64,000 bases of DNA. Origin: Minisyncoccota bacterium. Its GTDB lineage: Bacteria; Patescibacteriota; Minisyncoccia; Phycocordibacterales; CAJBRS01. Positions 54,017 to 61,767 of the stretch are shown here, piece by piece. The translations under genes and the position numbers were made by a program. The stretch is from NCBI GenBank assembly GCA_035652395.1, contig DASRDX010000013.1:3255-67254 (forward strand), read 5' to 3'. How positions within the stretch are numbered: position 1 is the first letter of the stretch; each line of letters begins with the position of its first letter. Under the pieces are notes generated by a model that ran no database searches, was not told where the DNA came from, and saw nothing but the letters and a program-made list of their open reading frames with translations.

Positions 54017-54410
54017 GTATATGCTGTACTGTGAAGATTGTCGAATATACAACAATTTGAAATTACCGCCGTCCTATCCCTATGTTGACATATTTAAGGC
54101 CACGTGTGAGCTATGCCATAAGATGAAGGATTGCTACGATATTCCCGCCATTTACGCCAAACACAGATATAATTGGACGACAGAAGAAAAAATACTTGAC
54201 ACAATGCTCCAAAAAGAGTATCGTGGTAAAGCCGAGGAAATGATTATTCCTATAACAAAGGGAAAGCATGCCGGGGCCGTGAATCACGAATATACCGATA
54301 TGCTCTTAGGCGTCCTAGTGCAAGTTGAAGGTCAAATAGATTGGTTTGCAACGTATGAAATGAGAAGAAAACTCCGAGATGCGATTGTTAAAAAACAGAA
54401 AGGAGGATAG
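54000..54410 (+). CDS. hypothetical Cys-containing protein
   Basis: 136-aa ORF. Confidence 0.4.
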   Translation: MSGNGEYMLYCEDCRIYNNLKLPPSYPYVDIFKATCELCHKMKDCYDIPAIYAKHRYNWTTEEKILDTMLQKEYRGKAEEMIIPITKGKHAGAVNHEYTDMLLGVLVQVEGQIDWFATYEMRRKLRDAIVKKQKGG

Positions 54411-54411
54411 C

Positions 54412-54636
54412 GTGGGATTTATTGGGTTTGATAAAAACGGCGAAGCTTTGTACGACACAAAAGATGCCGCCATAGAAAGGGCACTTATGATGGCCAAATT
54501 CCGAAATTTCAAGGGAAAAATTCTAATACAAAGAAATGTTCCGATGTGGTTTGCTCATTTGGTCAAAGGCACGATATTTGAAAAATTAGGGTATAGATGT
54601 TTGAATTTGAACGAACAGAAAGGAAAACTTGCATGA
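54412..54636 (+). CDS. hypothetical protein
   Basis: GTG start 4-5 nt after AGGAGGA. Confidence 0.4.
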   Translation: MGFIGFDKNGEALYDTKDAAIERALMMAKFRNFKGKILIQRNVPMWFAHLVKGTIFEKLGYRCLNLNEQKGKLA

Positions 54637-55127
54637 AAAACACATTAAAAGTGGGTGACGAAGTTTACGTGACACGAAAGGCCAAAAGCTATGAAAATGG
54701 TTGGAACAATGTTTGGGTTCCGAGCGCGATGAATTGTTACGTAGGTAAGATTGGGCGCGTTAAAGCAATTTATGAAGATATAGGAATCGAGCTAGATTTC
54801 GGAGATGGCATGCCTGAATATTTGTTCCCCTCTTTTGTTTTAAAGAAAATTTCTCCAATTCAGGAAGCCAGAGACATTGCTAAAAAAATATCTAAACGAA
54901 ACGGCTTTGTTACAATTGATGAAGTCCAATCGGCCATGAAAGAGACTAAATTCGGGCCTATAACGAAGGGAGCGGCTGGAGCGGTTTTTAATACGCCCGA
55001 ATTTATAAATACGGGAGTGACGGTCAAGAGCGTCAGACCCGAAAATCGGGGCAGGAGAATTTCTATTTGGAAGCTTAAAACAAGGGATAGGCATGGAAAA
55101 AAGACAGCTTTACGTAGTGGTGGCTAA
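54633..55127 (+). CDS. hypothetical protein
   Basis: start at MKNTLKV (RBS GGAAAAC). Confidence 0.4.
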   Translation: MKNTLKVGDEVYVTRKAKSYENGWNNVWVPSAMNCYVGKIGRVKAIYEDIGIELDFGDGMPEYLFPSFVLKKISPIQEARDIAKKISKRNGFVTIDEVQSAMKETKFGPITKGAAGAVFNTPEFINTGVTVKSVRPENRGRRISIWKLKTRDRHGKKTALRSGG

Positions 55128-55452
55128 TTCAATAGAAACGGATTTCGGGAAGATAAAGCAACCCAAAGGACGGCAAACGGCTCAGGCCGCGCATGCCGCT
55201 GCGGCTTTTTGTTTTGAATATGGTAAATTATTAAATGCTTATACTACAACAATAATAATTTTACAAGCAAGAGATTCGGCAGAATTGCAGCATATTATGC
55301 GTTTAGCCAAAACAAAAAAGCTGCGTCACGTCGCATTTTATGACGAAAATTTATCCGCCTACGGCGACGGACAGTTTTTAACTGCCGTGGCCATATGCGG
55401 ATTGCCAAAACAGGTTCAGGGTGTCATCGATTATTTGCCGCTTTGGAGTTAA
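55093..55452 (+). CDS. PTH2-family peptidyl-tRNA hydrolase-like protein
   Basis: LYVVVANSIETDFGKIKQPKGRQTAQAAHAAAA parallels the PTH2 VVR.DL.MGKGKIAAQCAHAA motif. Confidence 0.55.
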   Translation: MEKRQLYVVVANSIETDFGKIKQPKGRQTAQAAHAAAAFCFEYGKLLNAYTTTIIILQARDSAELQHIMRLAKTKKLRHVAFYDENLSAYGDGQFLTAVAICGLPKQVQGVIDYLPLWS

Positions 55453-55454
55453 AG

Positions 55455-56423
55455 GTGAGATTAATACAAGACACAAAATTGGATTTTCAAGATGTGCTTC
55501 TAGTTCCGAAACGCTCTACAATTCAGAGTCGGAAAGAAATAAATCTGTTGCGAACCTTTAAATTTCGCTACGTTGATTGGACGTGGACAGGAGTGCCAAT
55601 CATTTCGTCCAATATGACTTCGGTCACGACTATTGAAGTTGCGCGGGTTATGTCGGAGCGCGGCATGTTAGCCTGTATGCCGAAGAATTTTAACGGCTCA
55701 TCTTCGATTAATTCGGATTTTCTAATCAAAAGTATAGGTCTCAATTCCTTTGTTTCTAATATTAATTACGATTGTTGTTTTTTATGTTTGGATGTACCGA
55801 ACGGCTACATAGAATCGGTTGTGGATAAAGTTCGTGAAATCAGGTCTGAATTTAGAGATGTTGTAATCATGGCTGGAAATGTCGTCACTCCAGAAATGAC
55901 CGAAGCCTTAATTCTAGCGGGAGCCGACATCGTGAAAGTAGGAATAGGAAGCGGAGCAGCTTGTTCGACCCGTATTAAAACTGGCGTCGGGTACCCACAA
56001 TTAAGCGCAGTAATTGAATGTGCCGATGCGGCCCACGGTCTCGGCGGCCACATCATCTCGGACGGCGGATGTGGTACACCAGGAGATGTCGTGAAAGCTT
56101 TTGCCGCTGGAGCGGATTTTGTTATGCTTGGCGCAATGCTGGCCAGTCACGATGAAAACGGCACCGAATTTTACGGTATGGCATCAGAAAAAGGCGCTAC
56201 CGAGATAGCTGGTGGCCTTAAAAACTACAGGGCTTCGGAAGGATGGGAATTTAATTTACCTCGGCGCGGTCCGCTAGAAAACACTCTTCAAGAAATTACA
56301 GGCGGCATTCGGTCGGCCTGTGCCTATGTCGGGGCTAAAAACATAAAAGACTTGCCTAAATGCGCGACATTTGTTAGGGTAAATAGGATAGCCAACAGCA
56401 GTTTGTGGGAACACCGAATTTAA
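55455..56423 (+). CDS. guaC: GMP reductase (IMPDH/GMPR family)
   Basis: GTG start after GGAG; N-terminus RLIQDTKLDFQDVLLVPKRST and the GSGAACSTR / GGCGTPGDVVKA core. Confidence 0.75.
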   Translation: MRLIQDTKLDFQDVLLVPKRSTIQSRKEINLLRTFKFRYVDWTWTGVPIISSNMTSVTTIEVARVMSERGMLACMPKNFNGSSSINSDFLIKSIGLNSFVSNINYDCCFLCLDVPNGYIESVVDKVREIRSEFRDVVIMAGNVVTPEMTEALILAGADIVKVGIGSGAACSTRIKTGVGYPQLSAVIECADAAHGLGGHIISDGGCGTPGDVVKAFAAGADFVMLGAMLASHDENGTEFYGMASEKGATEIAGGLKNYRASEGWEFNLPRRGPLENTLQEITGGIRSACAYVGAKNIKDLPKCATFVRVNRIANSSLWEHRI

Positions 56424-56426
56424 GAG

Positions 56427-56520
56427 TTGACAAACAATTGCCGCTCAAGTACACTTTCAGAATTGCCAGTTTGCTTAGGAACGCGCTAGGGTTGGCGGAC
56501 AATTGCCGCTCAAGTACACT
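56427..56520 (+). promoter_or_regulatory. promoter TTGACA-17-TACACT embedded in a 21-bp direct repeat CAATTGCCGCTCAAGTACACT (56435-56455, 56500-56520)
   Basis: seen directly, upstream of CDS 56583-57206. Confidence 0.5.
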
Positions 56521-56582
56521 GCTCAGCCCGCAACTCCTTTTTGACTAAGGTGTTGGGGGCTGAGCCGCTGACTAATACAAAA

Positions 56583-57206
56583 ATGAAACTATATAAATTA
56601 ACAAACGAAAACGGCTATACTTACAATAAAACCCTGTGGGGCGAAGGCGTATCACATTCAGGAACGGGAAAGGGACCGATTTGTAGCGAGGGATGGATTC
56701 ACGCTTACGAACACCCATTTATTGCCGTATTTCTTAACCCGATACACGCATACTTTAAAAATCCTAGAATGTGGGAAGCGGAAGGCAAAATTGACATACG
56801 CGACGGACAATTAAAAGTAGGATGTAAAACTTTAAAGACCATAAAAGAAATCCCGCTGCCTAAGGTACAAGACAAACATTTTATTATTTTCGGAGCTTTA
56901 GCCCTCGTCCAAGCTAGCAGTACTGTGTTTAATAGTGATGAAATAGTACGGTTTAACAACGGCGAACTTTTAAATCTTCTTTTAAATTATTTCACGACGA
57001 TTTCCTCTAATTCTCGACTACGTATGCCAGCGTCATTATTATATCAAGCGGCATCTGCACTACGCAATTCTTCTTCTACATTCGACAAGTCTTTAATAAT
57101 TAGATATATGTCCGCTAAAGCCGTATATTATTGTAATACGGCCAGACCTCCTTTGGATTTAATTTCGATTGCCGAAAAGAACCGCGAATATCTGACCGAT
57201 GCATAA
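56583..57206 (+). CDS. hypothetical protein
   Basis: start at MKLYKLT. Confidence 0.4.
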   Translation: MKLYKLTNENGYTYNKTLWGEGVSHSGTGKGPICSEGWIHAYEHPFIAVFLNPIHAYFKNPRMWEAEGKIDIRDGQLKVGCKTLKTIKEIPLPKVQDKHFIIFGALALVQASSTVFNSDEIVRFNNGELLNLLLNYFTTISSNSRLRMPASLLYQAASALRNSSSTFDKSLIIRYMSAKAVYYCNTARPPLDLISIAEKNREYLTDA

Positions 57207-57334
57207 AATTGTATCGAGCCTGAGAAACAATGTAAAAAAGAACATCGAATCCGTCCTTAAAAATGATAATGTAATATAGCATTACTTTCAAAATGTATAA
57301 AACTCATCGAGTAGTACTAAAACTTTTTTTGGTC

Positions 57335-57363
57335 TTGACAGCCATGATTTTTTACGGTATGCT
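57335..57363 (+). promoter_or_regulatory. integrase promoter TTGACA-17-TATGCT overlapped by an imperfect inverted repeat
   Basis: TTTTACGGTAT...TATCGTAAAA flanks the -10 element. Confidence 0.5.
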
Positions 57364-57405
57364 GCTGTATCGTAAAATCAAAAACAGACTGAAAGGGTTT
57401 GTCCG

Positions 57406-58383
57406 ATGATAACAAAAGTAAAGAACAAGACAACTCCTTCATTCAGGGAACAGGCCGAAGTGTGGCTACGAAATGGACAAAAGCGTAAAAGAAATCCGCT
57501 TCGTCCCGAAACAGTCAAGACCTATAAATCGCAAATTGAAACCAATTTGAATCCGAATATAGGCGTACTTGCCGTAGATTCCGTTGGAAATAAAGAAGTT
57601 AAAGAACTTGTGGCAATCTTGGCCGCCAAAGGACTATCGGCCAGCACGATTCAGCTTAACGTCAATATTATCAAGCAGATACGAAGTTCTATCGTTAATT
57701 CAGAGGGTGAGCAAGTCTATCCGTATAAATGGAACACGGAATTTATGGACTTGCCCATTGTAGATAAGAATCAACAGAAAAGGCCCGTGGCTAGCGCACA
57801 GACGGTTCAAGACGCATTTAAATGCACTTCCAAGGCCCCAAGCCATACCCAAGCCCTTTTGGTCGTTCTAGCGGGTTCTGGGCTGCGAATTCAAGAGGCT
57901 TTGGCATTGACTATGGCCACGAATGAGGAAAGACTGCCTAATTTTAATTATTGGGTGCCGTCCGAATCAAAAATAGTCGTATTCGGACAACGAGATGGCC
58001 AAAGAATGATGCCGCCGAAAACGAAGGCAGGAATTAGAGAAGTAGACTTGCCTAGCGAGCTTAATGACTATCTAAAGCGGCATTTTAGGATTGAAAACGG
58101 ATTAATGTTTCCTGAATCCGAAAGCTTTTACCGACGTGAATTTGCAAAATGCGGCATTTTAGGCGGATTCCACAGTCTACGGCGATTCAGGGTTACACAT
58201 TTGCGTATGCAGGGGGTTCCCGACAGTCTAGTTCATTTTTGGATTGGACATGAAGATTCTACCGTAACAGGCAGGTACACCGAAGTCGGAACAGAAATCG
58301 AAGCAAGAAGAGAAGCGGCCAATAAAGCAGGTTTAGGTTTTAATTTGGATGAACCGATACGCGGGCGCAATCCCGGACTTTAG
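57406..58383 (+). CDS. int: tyrosine site-specific integrase
   Basis: catalytic box HSLRRFRVTHL...HFWIGHEDSTVTGRYTEV (R..H.R.Y); N-terminal SAM-like domain. Confidence 0.85.
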   Translation: MITKVKNKTTPSFREQAEVWLRNGQKRKRNPLRPETVKTYKSQIETNLNPNIGVLAVDSVGNKEVKELVAILAAKGLSASTIQLNVNIIKQIRSSIVNSEGEQVYPYKWNTEFMDLPIVDKNQQKRPVASAQTVQDAFKCTSKAPSHTQALLVVLAGSGLRIQEALALTMATNEERLPNFNYWVPSESKIVVFGQRDGQRMMPPKTKAGIREVDLPSELNDYLKRHFRIENGLMFPESESFYRREFAKCGILGGFHSLRRFRVTHLRMQGVPDSLVHFWIGHEDSTVTGRYTEVGTEIEARREAANKAGLGFNLDEPIRGRNPGL

Positions 58384-58389
58384 TCTGGG

Positions 58390-58860
58390 TTAGCCGCGTC
58401 CTTGTTGACTGACATACGTTTTGAGAATTTCTAACGTCGCTCCACCTACGGAGCAAAGGAAGAAACCGCTAGACCAAAGAGTACGAGCATGACGACCCCA
58501 ATAGAAGGAACCAAATCGGCTGAGATAGGCGGAAGCACTCTTACTTTTGAGAGTGCCAACAACTGCGCTCAAGTTAGCCGTGGGAGGGTAGCGGAGAAGA
58601 AAGTGGATGTGGTCGGCATCGCCACCAAACTCAACAACCGCACAGCCGATGCTATCAACAACGCCAGTAAGCATCTCACGAATAAACGGAAGGTCGGCAA
58701 GAAGCTTCCTGCGGAACTTCGTGCAAAAGACGACGCGCACACAAAGATGGTAGACACAGTGACTTGCTGTATCAAAATCAAGTGCCCCGATTTTCTTCGT
58801 CCCGTACTTGATTCCTTGGTACCCAAGGCTCGTGCCTGCGTTGATAGAATGCTCGCTCAT
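58390..58860 (-). CDS. tnpA: IS200-like transposase TnpA (HuH, Y1)
   Basis: HuH motif DHIHFLL, conserved CVYHLCVRVVFCTKFRRK block; start trimmed to the MSEHS Met. Confidence 0.7.
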   Translation of the reverse strand: MSEHSINAGTSLGYQGIKYGTKKIGALDFDTASHCVYHLCVRVVFCTKFRRKLLADLPFIREMLTGVVDSIGCAVVEFGGDADHIHFLLRYPPTANLSAVVGTLKSKSASAYLSRFGSFYWGRHARTLWSSGFFLCSVGGATLEILKTYVSQQGRG

Positions 58861-59811
58861 CGCGACCAGTCCTCTAGTAAATATTATCACGAGATACCGA
58901 GCGCAATCAGCAAGAGTCTGATTGCGAAGTACCAAAGAAATAAGAAATGCAAATCGGTAACCAACCTCGTGTTGCCTATCTCCGGAGACAAAGGCAGGCA
59001 GATTAAGTTGGAAGCAGGCGGGTTGAGAATCCCTGCACTATTCAAAAAAGAAATTCTGCCCGTTATATGGTTGCGACTGCCTGTAGGATTCATCCGTAGT
59101 GCAGAATTTTTTATGCGCAAAGGCGGGTGGTACGCAGCAGTTTGCTACAACGCAAAAGCGGATAAGCAGTTCGTGTGCACGGGAACAGTGGGCGTTGACC
59201 GTAACTCGGTTGGTGCTGTCGCAACGTTGGCAGACCCACAAAGCGGGAAAGTTTTGCATCTTGGTTTCAACCCAGCAAAGACAAAAGAAGTCTGGAGGGG
59301 GCGGAAAGCAAATTTGCAGGGTCTTGGGAAGAAGCGTCTTCTTCACGAGATTCGTAATAAGCAATCAAGACGCACGAAGTACGAAAATCATGTCGTGTCC
59401 AAGCAGATTGTGGACTACGCCGCGAAACATCGTCGGTGCATTAACGTAGAGAAATTGGAGAACGTCAGGAAGGGGAAGATTCGCCGTTATAGCGAGTCGT
59501 CTCAGTGGTCTTTCTATCAGTTGCTTCAATTCATTCTCTACAAAGCCGCTTTGCGCGGGGTAATGGTGCTGGAAGTAGATTCTGCGTATACATCGCAGGA
59601 GTGCTCCCGATGCCATCAGTTAACCAAGCCCAACGGTAAGTCATATCGTTGTGGACATTGCGGACACAATGACCACCGAGACGCTAACGCGGCATTTAAC
59701 GTCGCAGGACGCGCGATGCCTATCGGTGGAGTAGTCGGAGACTCAGTGCGCTCCGATTCGGGCCTATTGGTAGTCCCGTTTCTGGGAACCGAGGTGCAGC
59801 AATGCAACTAG
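58852..59811 (+). CDS. tnpB: TnpB (OrfB) RuvC-like protein with zinc finger
   Basis: RuvC-I GVDRNSV, C-terminal CSRCH...CGHCGH zinc finger; start uncertain (58489, 58744 or 58852). Confidence 0.65.
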   Translation, partial: LAHRDQSSSKYYHEIPSAISKSLIAKYQRNKKCKSVTNLVLPISGDKGRQIKLEAGGLRIPALFKKEILPVIWLRLPVGFIRSAEFFMRKGGWYAAVCYNAKADKQFVCTGTVGVDRNSVGAVATLADPQSGKVLHLGFNPAKTKEVWRGRKANLQGLGKKRLLHEIRNKQSRRTKYENHVVSKQIVDYAAKHRRCINVEKLENVRKGKIRRYSESSQWSFYQLLQFILYKAALRGVMVLEVDSAYTSQECSRCHQLTKPNGKSYRCGHCGHNDHRDANAAFNVAGRAMPIGGVVGDSVRSDSGLLVVPFLGTEVQQCN

Positions 59812-60202
59812 GCAAACAGAATCCCAGGGTTTGCCCTGGGAGTATCAAACTAACTGTGCCTAAAAAACAAAATGGAGACGGTTTTTGTAAAATTTTTTAC
59901 GTGTCGTCCGAATCCGACCCTACGGAAGTTCACATTGTGACTCGCGTAGGCCATCTTTTTGCTAGATATTTCTGCGATTGCAAAGATTTTATGGTTCGTA
60001 AATTAACTGACTCGTCCACTGTGCCCGGAATCGTACTTATGCAAACACGGCAGCTTCGTAAAAAATTTTGAGAATCGTAAAAGAAAGAAAAATGAAAAAA
60101 CAAGAAGAATCAAACGCAACGGTTGAAGAGCAGACTACGCTTTTAAACCCAACGCCAAATAAGGCTTGGGACGAAATCGAAACCGAGCCGCTTTTAGAGC
60201 AC

Positions 60203-60994
60203 TCAAGAGAGTAAAATCGGCTCAAAGTCTCCGGTAAACCTGTTATTGGGGTCTATTTCAGATAGCATGGTCCTGAGTTTTGAAATTCTTTGCTCTATGT
60301 TCCCTGTATTAACCCAATCCATGTAATGATTATATGCTCTGAACCCGATATGCGCGCATTGTGGCGTGTCGGGGTAAAGAACGGATAGGCCATAAAATTT
60401 AGCTATGCGTCTAATCAATCCGTCATCTAAATCGGATACTTCAGGCATCGGCCCAAAGGTGCGGTCCATATAGGCTTGCCTGTTTTCAAATAGACTGTCA
60501 TTTATGTGTTCCACTACCAAAGACAAAGAACCGCGCTTAAAACAACTTCCAGGATTAGTGTACTGATTATAGCTTGGCAGATGCCGCATTCTTCGACCGC
60601 ACGTAGCAAAATAATCATTGGCGGCCTGCGCCGTAAAATGCCAATTGAAAAAATTTCGGCCCACCAATACGTCTTCTTCAATAAGAAACACGTATTCGGC
60701 TTTAGTCTCGTATCCAGCTTTTAGGGCTTGAAGTATGTTCCACATTCCCGAAGGAACGGAAACATGCGGACGGGCATGAAAAATTAACGCTCTTGGACAA
60801 TACTCATCTCTGACAAATTCTACTTCCTCAATATTACAGTCAGTATCTGCAAATATTCTTACGTCATCAACTTGATTTTCCGAATTAGAGATTTTCTCCA
60901 AGGCCAAGGCCAACATTTCGGGTCGTTTGTGAGTCGGCATAACGACGCAAGAGACGCTCGAATTCTTCTGTAGCCAACTGCTGTCGCTGTTCAT
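60203..60994 (-). CDS. glycosyltransferase-like protein (GT-A fold)
   Basis: 263 aa with an E-E-D acidic motif after a hydrophobic beta-strand. Confidence 0.4.
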   Translation of the reverse strand: MNSDSSWLQKNSSVSCVVMPTHKRPEMLALALEKISNSENQVDDVRIFADTDCNIEEVEFVRDEYCPRALIFHARPHVSVPSGMWNILQALKAGYETKAEYVFLIEEDVLVGRNFFNWHFTAQAANDYFATCGRRMRHLPSYNQYTNPGSCFKRGSLSLVVEHINDSLFENRQAYMDRTFGPMPEVSDLDDGLIRRIAKFYGLSVLYPDTPQCAHIGFRAYNHYMDWVNTGNIEQRISKLRTMLSEIDPNNRFTGDFEPILLS

Positions 60995-61235
60995 TGGTTA
61001 AATCCTCTATGGGAACGGCTATTTTTCCAGGAATAATTTTCGCATCCACATAAGCAAAGTCACTCATCTGAATTCTCCTCCGACATTTTTCTAAATTGTT
61101 CGGGCAATTCGGCCTCTTCTTCGGCACTTAATTCATCTGGCGGATTACCAAAATAAGCTAATTCCAAATAGTTTTTACGAGTAAGAGGAATTTTGTCTTG
61201 CTTCATTTTTTTTTCAAGAACAATGTCTTTTTCCA

Positions 61236-61424
61236 TTATTTTAATCCTTTCGACAGAGTTTCTAGTCCTGTTTTAGTATATTTGGTTTCAGGCTGTTTGT
61301 CAATATTTGCTTTTCGGGCCATATCCATAATTTTTTGTCGGGTGGTTTCCGCAGACTGTTTGCCGTCTTCGTACTTTTCCCATTCCTTTTTAACCGCTTT
61401 TTTAAGTTTTGTTTTGTCTTCCAC
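61236..61424 (-). CDS. hypothetical Lys/Glu-rich protein
   Basis: 62-aa ORF followed in tandem by two more small minus-strand ORFs (61068-61238 and 60885-61076). Confidence 0.35.
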   Translation of the reverse strand: MEDKTKLKKAVKKEWEKYEDGKQSAETTRQKIMDMARKANIDKQPETKYTKTGLETLSKGLK

Positions 61425-61458
61425 TCAGTCGGAAATAATTTCCTTATTTTTTCCCATA

Positions 61459-61650
61459 CTACGGATTGCAATTCAGAAGGCCAAGTTCTTTAGCGGCTCG
61501 GCGATATGCTTCAACGTATAACGGATAATTTCCGACAACACCAGTGTAATTAGATTCTCCCGCAGCGCCGAAGTTATCTTTAACTTCCGGGGAATCAGCA
61601 CCTAAAGGCATCAGCGTGGCCGCAGCAACCGCATGAGTATCCACGGTCAC
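61459..61650 (-). CDS. hypothetical protein
   Basis: 63-aa ORF. Confidence 0.3.
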   Translation of the reverse strand: MTVDTHAVAAATLMPLGADSPEVKDNFGAAGESNYTGVVGNYPLYVEAYRRAAKELGLLNCNP

Positions 61651-61767
61651 GTCATCAGGATTTTAGACGGGTCTATAATATTGTTATAAAAACTTCTTAC
61701 TTTGTGACCATTTCCTATATTGCGGCGGCTTGGTCATATTTGCTCAATTCACTAATTTTCTTTTCTT

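Larger units (their letters stand above)
58385..59850. mobile_element. IS200/IS605-family element (divergent tnpA-tnpB)
   Basis: HuH transposase and TnpB genes; subterminal hairpins GCTCCACCTACGGAGC (58438-58453) and CCCAGGGTTTGCCCTGGG (59828-59845); the left boundary falls within 6 nt of the integrase stop. Confidence 0.55.

Noticed and set aside
58489-58851. N-terminal extension of TnpB back to 58489
   Set aside because: It would overlap the tnpA HuH core by about 370 nt on the opposite strand. A later Met (58852 or 58744) is more plausible, but the true start is unresolved.
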